NCBI RefSeq assembly: GCF_006345805.1
Contig: NC_043025.1
Span: 11,656,001 to 11,720,000 of the forward strand
Direction: 5' to 3'
DNA from: Octopus sinensis
Taxonomy: Eukaryota
Length of the DNA stretch: 64,000 bases
The stretch's first letter is position 1. Each line of letters begins with the position of its first letter. This document shows positions 1 through 10,751 of this stretch, piece by piece. The position numbers and the translations under genes were made by a program. The notes beneath the pieces are model-generated. The model had not been told where the DNA came from. It ran no database searches and saw nothing but the letters and a program-made list of their open reading frames with translations.

Positions 1-660
1 TCATCAACTACAGCAGCAGTTATATACATCAATGTACACAACTGCAAGGTGGTAGTGAATTTGGGAAGATGTTTAACGTATGTATATGTTTCCTGTGTAT
101 ATGTATATAAACGGATGTACATACATACATTATATATATATATATATATACATACATTCACATAATGCATATAAAAAATATATATGCATATATATATATA
201 ACTATAGACATGCATATATATATCTGTATGCATGCATATATATGCATGTATATGCTTATATATATATATATGCATATCTATATGCATGTGTTTTTTATAT
301 GCATTATGTGTGTGTATATATATATATATACATACATTGAATGCATATAAAAATATATATTTACATATAGATATGTATATATATATAAGTATACACATGC
401 ATATATATGCATATATTTGTATATATATATATATGCATATATACAATATATATGTATATAATATATACACATATAATTTATATATAATTTAATTATATAT
501 ACATGTACATACACATATATATGTGTGTGTGTATATATAGATATAGATAGATGTACATATGTATACATGCATATATATATATATACACACACATATATAT
601 ATGTATGGACATATATACATACATACATATATACATACGCATACATACATATATATATAT
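1..660. repeat. (TA)n/(TATG)n low-complexity microsatellite
   Basis: Nearly pure AT/ATGT/ACAT runs; ORFs here are YI/HM artefacts. Confidence 0.95.
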
Positions 661-812
661 GAGGCACAATGGTCCAATGGTTAGGGCAGTGGACTCGCGG
701 GCATAGGTTCGTGGTTTCGATTCCCAGACCAGGCGTTGAGCGAAAACACCTAAAACTCTATGAGGCTCCGGCAGGGGGTAGTGACGATCCCTGCTGTACT
801 CTTTCCCCACAA
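661..812 (+). mobile_element. tRNA-derived SINE, family C (5' part)
   Basis: A-box-like TGGTCCAATGGTTAGG and B-box-like GGTTTCGATTCCC; homologous reverse copy at ~42785-42950. Confidence 0.75.
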
Positions 813-893
813 CTTTGAATGGCGGTGCCCCAGCATGGCCACAGCTCGTGAGCTGAAACTAGATAAAATAAAATAAATAAATAAAAATGTATA

Positions 894-1312
894 GGCGCAG
901 GAGTGGCTGTGTGGTAAGTAGCTTGCTAACCAACCACATGGTTCCAGGTTCAGTCCCACTGCGTGGCATCTTGGGCAAGTGTCTTCTGCTATAGCCCCGG
1001 GCCGACCAATGCCTTGTGAGTGGATTTGGTAGACGGAAACTGAAAGAAGCCTGTCGTATATATATATATTATATATATATATATATATGTATGATATGTA
1101 TGTGCGTGTATGTTTGTGTGTCTGTGTTTGTCCCCCTAGCATTGCTTGACAACCGATGCTGGTGTGTTTATGTCCCGGTCACTTAGCGGTTCGGCAAAAG
1201 AGACCGATAGAATAAGTACTGGGCTTACAAAGAATAAGTCCCGGGGTCGAGTTGCTTGATTAAAGGCGGTGCTCCAGCATGGCCGCAGTCAAATGACTGA
1301 AACAAGTAAATA
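894..1312 (+). mobile_element. tRNA-derived SINE, family A (full: head, central TA microsatellite, tail)
   Basis: Head GGCGCAGGAGTGGCTGTGTGGTAAG...GGTTCAGTCCC and tail ...GCAGTCAAATGACTGAAACAAGTAAA; more than 10 homologous copies in the window. Confidence 0.9.
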
Positions 1313-1480
1313 AAAATATACATACATATATATATATATATACAGGTCATCATTGACTTATGACCACAACTGGTTCCGACTGACTGGTCATAAGTCAATC
1401 TGGTTGTAAGTCAGCTTATAGGCCTACGTCGTTTGTTTTATATTTTTACATTTGTAAGGTACATTCTCAGGTAAAAGTTA

Positions 1481-1893
1481 GGATCTTTTCGGTTTGAACG
1501 GCAGTTTTTTCTAGCTGTGTCATATGAAATTGTCACCCATAATTATGACCCTAGTATCGATCTATTGCATTTCAATCTGTTTTAGGGTTAGAGGTGGGGG
1601 AAGGGTATCTTTTTTTCTTCACAAATGTATATAAACCCAATCTGTTTCTTAAACGAGGGACATATCCATACGGCACAGAATGTTTTTTTTACCTCAATAG
1701 ACGTCATTGATTGGTTGAAATTGCAGAAATTGAAGAAAAAAAACAACAAATATCTTACAAAGTATAGAATTTTCTCAATAAATCCAAGAGAAAAAGATGT
1801 TTTATAAACACATTCTACCAGTATACGAAGTTTAAAAGTGTTTAGTTACGTGGAAATTATTTTAAAAAACTGCCGGTCAAACCGAAAAGATCC
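1481..1893. mobile_element. MITE with 30-bp TIR and 8-bp TSD
   Basis: TIR GGATCTTTTCGGTTTGA(A/C)CGGCAGTTTTTT; AAAAGTTA directly on both sides (1473-1480, 1894-1901); relatives at 15378-16354, ~18000-18150 and ~54040-54354. Confidence 0.9.
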
Positions 1894-2099
1894 AAAAGTT
1901 ATGCTCACCATTCTGTATTATACTATTATACTGGCACTAGTCAAAAATTCCAGAGTTTGAAGCAGTTGTCTTATAAACAAATATGAGGTTGCCTCGATGT
2001 CCCCACAACAGGATAGTCATCCAACACAGTGGCAGTTGATAACCAAGCCTCGGGGAAGCATTTATTAGCTCACATCATCTGTAGACGGGTTGTGGACAT

Positions 2100-3640
2100 A
2101 TTTACAAAGTCAGAAAACAGCACAGCTCCCATGACTTCAGGAAACATTTTTTCACGCTGGGAGTTTCTGAAGCATGGAACAAACTGCTGGCATCAGTTGT
2201 TAGTTGTCGGAGCACTGCATCTTTCAAAACTTCCATGCTTCCTGAGATTCGCCAACACTTACACCTGACTTTCTCCCCTCCATACACACGCTGAAGCATG
2301 GAACAAACTGCTGGCATCAGTTGTTAGTTGTTGGAGCACTGCATCCTTCAAAACTTCCATGCTTCCTGAGATTCGCCAACACTACACCTGATTTTCTCCC
2401 CTCCATACACACGCTGAAGCATGGAACAAACTGCCAGCATCAGTTGTTAGTTGTTGGAGCACTGCATCCTTCAAAACTTCCATGCTTCCTGAGATTCCCC
2501 AACACTACACCTGATCTCCTCCCCTCCATACACACGCTGAAGCATGGAACAAACTGCCAGCATCAGTTGTTAGTTGTCGGTGCACTGCATCCTTCAAAAC
2601 TTCCATGCTTCCTGAGATTCCCCAACACTACACCTGATTTTCTCCCCTCTGTACGCAGGCTGAAGCATGGAACAAACTGCCGGCATCAGTTGTTAGTTGT
2701 CGGAGCACTGCATCCTCAAAACTTCCATGCTTCCTGAGAGATTCGCCAGCACTACACCTGATCTTCTCCCCTCCATACACACGCTGGAGCATGGAACAAA
2801 CTGCCGGCATCAGTTGTTGTTGTCGGAGCACTGCATCCTTCAAAACTTCCATGCTTTCTGAGATTCGCCAACACTACACCTGATTTTCTCCCCTCCATAC
2901 ACACGCTGAAGCATGGAATAAGCTGCCGGCATCAGTTGTTAGTTGTCGGAGCACTGCATCCTTCAAAACTTCCATGCTTCCTGAGATTCCCCAACACTAC
3001 ACCTGATCTTCTCCCCTCCATACACACGCTGAAGCATGGAACAAACTGCCGGCATCAGTTGTTAGTTGTCGGTGCACTGCATCCTTCAAAACTTCCATGC
3101 TTCCTGAGATTCCCCAACACTACACCTGATTTTCTCCCCTCTGTACGCAGGCTGAAGCATGGAACAAACTGCCGGCATCAGTTGTTAGTTGTCGGAGCAC
3201 TGCATCCTTCAAAACTTCCATGCTTCCTGAGAGATTCGCCAGCACTACACCTGATCTTCTCCCCTCCATACACACGCTGGAGCATGGAACAAACTGCCGG
3301 CATCAGTTGTTTGTTGTCGGAGCACTGCATCCTTCAAAACTTCCATGCTTTCTGAGATTCGCCAACACTACACCTGATTTTCTCCCCTCCATACACACGC
3401 TGAAGCATGGAATAAGCTGCCGGCATCAGTTGTTAGTTGTCGGAGCACTGCATCCTTCAAAACTTCCATGCTTCCTGAGAGATTCGCCAACACTACACCT
3501 GATTTTCTCCCCTCCATACACACACAAGCATGTATCTGACTCATGCATTGTTCGCTTTCCAGACATTTGTACATTACTGCATATTCTCTGACAAGTTGTG
3601 GTGCACCTGAGCACTGTATACAAAAATTTCATTATATATA
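2100..3640 (+). mobile_element. CR1-like LINE 3' end containing ~11 tandem copies of a ~122-bp unit
   Basis: Unit encodes WNKLPASVVSCRSTASFKTSMLPEIRQHYT*, the typical CR1/L2-group post-RT C-terminus; followed by 3'UTR and an ATT tail; unamplified copy at 47757-48195. Confidence 0.85.
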
Positions 3641-3679
3641 AATTAAACCCATTAGATTTCAACTGGAGTATTTATTGGA

Positions 3680-4015
3680 CACGGAAGCCAGTTGCCTGCT
3701 CGTTGTCAGAGCAGCCAACTGGCTTCCGTGCCAGTGGGCATATAAAAGGGCACCATTCGAGCGTGATCGTTACCAAAATCGCCTCCTGGCACCTGTGCTG
3801 GTGGCATGTTGCCTGACTGGCCCCCATTCCGGTGGCACATAAAAGCACCCACTACACTCTCAGAGTGGTTGGTGTTAGGAAGGGCATCCATCTGTAGAAA
3901 CTCTGCCAAATCAAGACTGGAGTCCGAGGCAGCCATCTGGTTTGCCAGCCGTTAGTCAAAATCGTCCAACCCATGCTAGCATGGAAAGTGGACATTATAC
4001 AATGATGGTGATGAG
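3680..4015 (+). mobile_element. RTE-like LINE 3'UTR fragment
   Basis: GTTAGGAAGGGCATCC motif, ...CCAACCCATGCTAGCATGGAAAGTGGAC... and a GAT-type tail; reverse complement of the copies at 6708, 11187 and 28810. Confidence 0.75.
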
Positions 4016-4093
4016 TGTGAGACAACTGTTATTATCGCTAGGCCTAACTCATCGTAAAGTCAATACCACCATGACCGATATCCAAACTACAGT

Positions 4094-4578
4094 GGAGAAG
4101 GCTAGCCACTGGATTTGATTAAAAAGAGACGATGAGCGATGGCTAGAAGAATATTGAGCTTTATTTGATAACCAGCTGATCTAGCTAGCGGGGTCTCATA
4201 TCAGTGAGGGGGGCCGGTGCTCATTGATGCCGTCGAGAAGTAGGCCCCGAAATGGAGAAAGCTAGCTACTGGATTTGGTTAAAAAGAGACGATGAACCAT
4301 GGCTAGAAGAATATTGAGCTTTATTTGATTATCAGCTGATCTAGCAAGCGGGGCCTCATATCAGTGGGCAGGGGGCCGGTGCACATTGATGCCGTCGAGA
4401 GGCAGGCCCTGAAATGGAGAAGGCTAGCCACTGGATTTGGTTAAAAAGAGACGATGACCGATGGCTAGAAGGATATTGAGCTTTATTTGATAACCAGCTG
4501 ATCTAGCAAGAGGGGCCTCATATCAGTGATGGGGGGCCGGTGCGCATTGATGCCGTCGAGAGGTAGGCCCCGAAATGG
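4094..4578. repeat. 3 tandem copies of a ~161-bp unit
   Basis: GGAGAAGGCTAGCCACTGGATTTG... starts at ~4094, ~4254 and ~4416. Confidence 0.9.
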
Positions 4579-4717
4579 CGCGCATTCTCTCCTGATGACC
4601 CCATACACTTGCTGGCTTCCGGTATACGGGTTTTTGACTGGTAGCACTTGCATGTGCAAGTTGTTTGCAAGACGTTGTTGCCAGAAGCCGGCACGACAAC
4701 TGTCATAAAGTCGATCA

Positions 4718-4935
4718 GTCATAAGTCAGATAGGTCATAAGTCAGATAGGTCATAAGTCAGATAGGTCATAAGTCAGATAGGTCATAAGTCAGATAGGTC
4801 ATAAGTCAGATAGGTCATAAGTCAGATAGGTCATAAGTCAGATAGGTCATAAGTCAGATAGGTCATAAGTCAGATAGGTCATAAGTCAGATAGGTCATAA
4901 GTCAGATAGGTCATAAGTCAGATAGGTCATAAGTC
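4718..4935. repeat. Perfect 16-bp minisatellite (GTCATAAGTCAGATAG) x ~13
   Basis: Direct read; the unit contains the TIR motif GGTCATAAGTC. Confidence 0.97.
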
Positions 4936-4994
4936 GACGACGACCTATATCATCATCATCATCATTTTGTCTGGCATGCTAGTGATTCTGCTAG

Positions 4995-5225
4995 CTCGCC
5001 GCCTTTAATAATAATCCTTTCTACCATAGGCACAAGGCCTGAAATTGCTAGGGAGAGGGCTAGTTGATTACATTGACCCCAGTGCATAACTGGTACTTAT
5101 CTCATTGATCCGAAAAGGACGAAAGTCAAAGTCGACCTCAGTGGAATTTGAACTCAGAACACAGAGATAGCCAACATGCTGCTCAGCCTTATTTCACCCA
5201 GCAGACTAATGATTCTGCCATAATA
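4995..5225 (-). mobile_element. SINE family B, degenerate
   Basis: AAAGTCGACCTCAGTGGAATTTGAACTCAGAAC core shared with the family B arrays. Confidence 0.7.
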
Positions 5226-5547
5226 ACACTAAACCACCTAACGGGGCTCCACACTGGATTTCTTTGAAGGTTGTCTGCTTTCCGTAACCCTGGATAGGGG
5301 CTCATACTGGGTACTGTCGGCCGGAGCCAGCTGAGCCTGGGACTCGTGTCAGGCGGGGTCGTCACGCCCTGAAGTAGTGAAGAAAATCACTACCCACTAC
5401 CTTGCGAATTGTATGTGACGTTACATGTGTATGAATTAGGCATTGTATGTGATCACAGAAAATACTTTAAGGGTTAATCTGCTAGGGTTAATCTGTTAAG
5501 GCTAATCGGTTAATCTGTTAAGGGCGAATGTAATATGGATGACATAT

Positions 5548-6160
5548 ACCCTTTTACCCTTTTTACTTGTTTCAGTCATGTGACCGTGGTCATGCTGGAG
5601 CACCGCCTTTAGTCGAGCAATTCGACCCCAGGACTTATTCTTTGTAAGCCTAGTACTTATTCTATCGGCCTCTTTTGCCGAACCGCTAAGTTACGGGGGA
5701 CGTAAACACACCAGCATCGGTTGTCAAGCGATGTTGCGGGGAGGGACAAACAGACGCACAAACATATACAATCACATACATGTATATATATATATAACGG
5801 GAAGGTTTACGAAAATAAACAAAAGACGAAGGCAGGTGGAGTACAAACAAACAAATGTATTAGTATAGCGCTCAGGAATAGAAATAGAAAAAGTCTTTTA
5901 CATTTCGAGCCTACGCTCTTCAACAGAAAGATACACAGAAAAAAACAAGGAGAGAAAAAAAATGCGTGTAGTAAGTAGCTAACGATCTATCATGGCGTAT
6001 ATATGATGGGCTTCTTTCAGTTTCCGTCTACCAAATCCACTCACAAGGCTTTGGTTATCCTGAGGCTACAGTAGAAGACATTTGCCCAAGGTGCCTTGCA
6101 GTGGGACTGAACCCGGAACCATGTGGTTCGTAAGCAAGGTACTTACCACACAGCCACTCC
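5548..6160 (-). mobile_element. SINE family A interrupted at its central TA tract by a hammerhead-bearing element
   Basis: Tail at 5548-5790, head at ~6000-6160, foreign segment ~5793-5997 between them. Confidence 0.8.
5894..5931 (-). ncRNA. Minimal type-I hammerhead-like motif (variant core CUGUUGA)
   Basis: Minus strand reads TCTTT-CTGTTGA-A-GAGC-GTAG-GCTC-GAAAT-GT-A-AAAGA: stem I 5 bp, stem II 4 bp, loopless stem III. Confidence 0.6.
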
Positions 6161-6225
6161 ATAAAATTCTAGATTTACTCTCTCAGCACTTCTTTATACG
6201 TAATGTATTTTTGTAAGAGTTTTAC

Positions 6226-6545
6226 CTCCTTGTTTGCCTTGTCTGTTGGTCTCAACTGCACTTTCTGCCACATCAGATAATTTCCTGGCCCTAGAAAATG
6301 TCACATATAATTGTCCAGGGTGTGACAAATATATTCCAATTTTGTTAAATGTTTGTCCTGTGCCACATTTATTGTTGTAGAGTAGGGCAGTCTTACAGGA
6401 AACTGAACTTGTTCCAAAATGAAAGGAAGGCTGAAATCATTTGGAGCCAGCTTGATGTGAGAGGTATTAAGAGATGCCCTCCTTTTTCTGCACCTGTTAC
6501 TGAAGTGGTTCTAATGCAATTATTGCGGCAGCTGGCACCATCCCA
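6226..6545 (-). other. Possible pair of coding exons (unassigned)
   Basis: Donor CT|GTAAGA at 6397/6396, acceptor TTTTCTAG|G at 6291/6290, donor GAG|GTAAAA at 6226/6225; spliced frame is open (MYSMWDGASC...WNKFSFLARKLSDVAESAVETNRQGKQG); no recognised homology. Confidence 0.25.
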
Positions 6546-6707
6546 CATGGAGTACATGTTTACTTGGATTATTTCTCTTTTGAAAAATAATCTGTTTTAT
6601 TCATTCTCTATTGTTGCCCATATTTTATAAATAAATGTTTCAAATGAGTAGCTGATAGTTTATTGTATAAAAACATATGTGTTAAGTGAGAGAATTTAAA
6701 AATATCA

Positions 6708-9075
6708 TCATCATCATCATCGTTTAACGTCCGTTTTCTGTGCTAGCACGGGTTGGACGGTTTGACCGGGGTCTGGGAAGCCAGGAGGCTGCACCAGGCT
6801 CCAGTCTGATCTGGCAGAGTTTCTACAGCTGGATGCCCTTCCTAACGCCAACCACTCCGTGAGTGTAGTGGGTGATTTTTACGTGCCACCGGCACAGGTG
6901 CCAGGCGAGGCTGGCAGTGGCCACGATTGGCTTTTTATGTGCCACCAGCACAGAAGCCAGTCAGGGTGGTGCTGGCATCGGCCACATTCGGATGGTGCTT
7001 TTTACGTGTTACCGGCACAGAAGCCAGTCAGGGCGGCGCTGGCATCGGCCACATTCGGATGGTGCTTTTTACGTGTTACCGGCACAGAAGCCAGTCAGGG
7101 TGGCGCTGGCATCGGCCACATTCGGATGGTGCTTTTTACGTGTTACCGGCACAGAAGCCAGTCAGGGCGGCGCTGGCATCGGCCACATTCGGATGGTGCT
7201 TTTTATGTGTCACCGGCACAGAAGCCAGTCAGGGTGGCGCTGGCATCGGCCACATTCGGATGGTGCTTTTTACGTGTTACCGGCACAGAAGCCAGTCAGG
7301 GTGGCGCTGGCATCGGCCACATTCGGATGGTGCTTTTTACGTGTTACCGGCACAGAAGCCAGTCAGGGCGGCGCTGGCATCGGCCACATTCGGATGGTGC
7401 TTTTTACGTGTCACCGGCACAGAAGCCAGTCAGGGTGGCGCTGGCATCGGCCACATTCGGATGGTGCTTTTTACGTGTTACGGCACAGAAGCCAGTCAGG
7501 TGGCGCTGGCATCGGCCACATTCGGATGGTGCTTTTTACGTGTTACCGCACAGAAGCCAGTCAGGGTGGCTCTGGCATCGGCCACATTCGGATGGTGCTT
7601 TTTACGTGTTACCGGCACAGAAGCCAGTCAGGGTGGCGCTGGCATCGGCCACATTCGGATGGTGCTTTTTACGTGTTACCGGCACAGAAGCCAGTCAGGG
7701 TGGCGCTGGCATCGGCCACATTCGGATGGTGCTTTTTACGTGTTACCGGCACAGAAGCCAGTCAGGGCTGCGCTGGCATCGGCCACATTCGGATGGTGCT
7801 TTTTACGTGTCACCGGCACAGAAGCCAGTCAAGGTGGAGCTGGCATCGGCCACATTCGGATGGTGCTTTTTACGTGTCACCGGCACAGAAGCCAGTCAGG
7901 GCAGCGCTGGCATCGGCCACATTCGGATGGTGCTTTTTACGTGTTACCGGCACAGAAGCCAGTCAGGGCGGCGCTGGCATCGGCCACATTCGGATGGTGC
8001 TTTTTACGTGTCACTGGCACAAAAGCCAGTCAGGGTGGCGCTGGCATCGGGCGCTGGCATCGGCCACATTCGGATGGTGCTTTTTACGTGTTACCGGCAC
8101 AGAAGCCAGTCAGGGTGGCGCTGGCATCGGCCACATTCGGATGGTGCTTTTTACGTGTTACCGGCACAGAAGCCAGTCAGGGCGGCGCTGGCATCGGCCA
8201 CATTCGGATGGTGCTTTTTACGTGTCACTGGCACAAAAGCCAGTCAGGGTGGCGCTGGCATCGGGCGCTGGCATCGGCCACATTCGGATGGTGCTTTTTA
8301 CGTGTTACCGGCACAGAAGCCAGTCAGGGTGGCGCTGGCATCGGCCACATTCGGATGGTGCTTTTTACGTGTTACCGGCACAGAAGCCAGTCAGGGTGGC
8401 GCTGGCATCGGCCACATTCGGATGGTGCTTTTTACGTGTTACGGCACAGAAGCCAGTCAGGGCTGCGCTGGCATCGGCCACATTCGGATGGTGCTTTTTA
8501 CGTGTCACCGGCACAGAAGCCAGTCAAGGTGGAGCTGGCATCGGCCACATTCGGATGGTGCTTTTTACGTGTTACCGGCACAGAAGCCAGTCAGGTGGCG
8601 CTGGCATCGGCCACATTCGGATGGTGCTTTTTACGTGTTACCGGCACAGAAGCCAGTCAGGGTGGCGCTGGCATCGGCCACATTCGGATGGTGCTTTTTA
8701 CGTGTTACCGGCACAGAAGCCAGTCAGGGCTGCGCTGGCATCGGCCACATTCGGATGGTGCTTTTTACGTGTCACCGGCACAGAAGCCAGTCAAGGTGGA
8801 GCTGGCATCGGCCACATTCGGATGGTGCTTTTTACGTGTCACCGGCACAGAAGCCAGTCAGGGCGGCGCTGGCATCGGCCACATTCGGATGGTGCTTTTT
8901 ACGTGTTACCGGCACAGAAGCCAGTCAGGGCGGCGCTGGCATCGGCCACATTCGGATGGTGCTTTTTACGTGTCACTGGCACAGAAGCCAGTCAAGGTGG
9001 AGCTGGCATCGGCCACATTCGGATGGTGCTTTTTACGTGTCACCGGCACAGGTATCACAACTACAATTTCCATTT
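6708..9075 (-). mobile_element. RTE-like LINE 3'UTR with internal 67-bp unit expanded to ~31 copies (6947-9052)
   Basis: (CAT)n-CGTTTAACGTCCG 3' end at left; unit CGGCACAGAAGCCAGTCAGGGTGGCGCTGGCATCGGCCACATTCGGATGGTGCTTTTTACGTGTTAC. Confidence 0.9.
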
Positions 9076-9177
9076 GATATTTATTTTGATGTTGTCATAT
9101 TTTATAAACAAATGTTTCAAATGAGTAGATGATAGTTTATTGTATAAAACATGTGTTTAGTGAGGGAATTTAAAAAC

Positions 9178-9480
9178 ATCATCATCATCATCATCATCAT
9201 CATCGTATCACCAAAGGTCTCAGTCACTAGTCATTGCTTCTGTGAGTCCCAAAGTTTGAAGATCATGCTTCACCACCTCATCCCATGTCTTCCTGGGTTC
9301 ACCTCTACCACAGGTTCCTTCTACCATTAGAGAACAGCACATCTTTACACAGCTGTCCTTGTCTATATACATCACATGCCCGTACCAGCACAGTTGTCTC
9401 TTTTGCACACCATATCTGATGCCTCTTATGCCAAACTTTTCTCTCAAGATGCTTACACTCTGTCAAAAATGCACACTGAT
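9178..9480 (-). pseudogene. RTE-clade LINE ORF C-terminal fragment
   Basis: Translates ...RQLCWYGHVMYIDKDSCVK...VEGTCGRGEPRKTWDEVVKHDL..., matching the RTE W(F/Y)GHV...RGRPRKTW motif; (GAT)n tail directly after. Confidence 0.85.
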
Positions 9481-9515
9481 ATTACACATCCAGGGAAGAA
9501 TACTGGCTTCATTTC

Positions 9516-10023
9516 TTTCGTGGTAAGTAGCTTGATAACCAACCACATGGTTCCGGGTTCAGTCCCACTGCATGGCATCTTGGGCAAGTGTCTTCTGCTA
9601 TAGCCCCGGGCCGACCAAAGCCTTGTGAGTGGATTTGGTAGACGGAAACTGAAAGAAGCCTGTCGTATATATGTATATATATATATGCAGGAGTGGCTGT
9701 GGTGAGTAGCTTGTTTACCAACCACATGGTTCCGGGTTCAGTCCCACTGCATGGCATCTTGGGCAAGTGTCTTCTGCTATAGCCCCGGGCCGACCAAAGC
9801 CTTGTGAGTGGATTGGTAGACGGAAACTGAAAGAAGCCTGTCGTATATATGTATATATATATATGCAGGAGTGGCTGTGGTGAGTAGCTTGTTTACCAAC
9901 CACATGGTTCCGGGTTCAGTCCCACTGCATGGCATCTTGGGCAAGTGTCTTCTGCTATAGCCCCGGGCCGACCAAAGCCTTGTGAGTGGATTTGGTAGAC
10001 GGAAGCTGAAAAGAAGCCCGTTG

Positions 10024-10054
<31 letters not shown>

Positions 10055-10275
10055 TTGTGTGTCTGTGTTTGTCCCCCTAGCATAGCTTGACAACCGATGC
10101 TGGTGTGTTTACGTCCCCGTCACTTAGCGGTTCGGCAAAAAGAGACCGATAGAATAAGTACTGGGCTTACAAAAAGAACAAGTCCTGGGGTCGAGTTGCT
10201 CGATTAAAGGCGGTGCTCCAGCATGGCCGCAGTCAAATGACCGAAACAAGTAAAAGAGTAAAAGAGTAAAAGAGT
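9516..10275 (+). mobile_element. SINE family A with triplicated head and a single tail
   Basis: Heads at ~9516, 9687 and 9866, each ending in a TA run; tail 10030-10275. Confidence 0.9.
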
Positions 10276-10469
10276 AAAAGAGAATATCCTTGGCTGTCAC
10301 GGCTCATGTTTCACTGCCATGTAGTATGGCTGCTCACACACAGGCATTATACAATCCGCCTTTCACTCTGAAAGAGAGACCCTTTGTTGCCATCAGAGGT
10401 AAGAGCTCCCTGAACTTTTCCCAGTCTAAAATCTTGTTTTTACAGCTGCGCTCTTGGATACGTAATTTA

Positions 10470-10592
10470 TCAACCCCGAGAGGATGAAAGACAAAGCTGA
10501 CCTCAGCAGAATTTGAACTCAGAATGTAAAAATCGACAAAATGCTGCTAAGCATTTTGCCCAGCATTCTAGCAATTCTGCCAGCTCGCTGCC

Positions 10593-10600
<8 letters not shown>
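10470..10600 (-). mobile_element. SINE family B 5' portion
   Basis: GACCTCAGCAGAATTTGAACTCAGAA...CTGCCAGCTCGCTGCCTT followed by (AAT)n. Confidence 0.7.
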
Positions 10601-10625
<25 letters not shown>

Positions 10626-10751
10626 GTGTGAGTATATGTGTGCATGTATGTAAAAGGGAGGCATGTGAATGTCTGTGTGTGCATGTGTTTGTGTCAAAAG
10701 ACAACCACTAGATAACATTGACAAGTGTATTAATTTGATTTACCATCCATA

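Larger units (their letters stand above)
1343..4947. mobile_element. TIR-bounded non-autonomous DNA element (Tc1/mariner-pogo-like) carrying nested insertions
   Basis: AGGTCATCATTGACTTATGACC (1344-1365) is the inverse of GGTCATAAGTCGACGACGACCT (4925-4946) with 3 transitions; TA outside both ends if one terminal substitution is allowed. Confidence 0.55.

Noticed and set aside
661-740. tRNA gene (also SINE A/B heads)
   Set aside because: A/B boxes are present but there is no closed cloverleaf; the sequence continues into a SINE body.
1035-1052. GAAACTGAAAGA in SINE A as a hammerhead core
   Set aside because: CTGAAAGA does not fit CUGANGA, and the order and stems do not fit any topology.
6859-9132. 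Three overlapping ORFs of 716-757 aa
   Set aside because: Produced by a stop-free 67-bp tandem unit cycling through frames; antisense to an RTE UTR.
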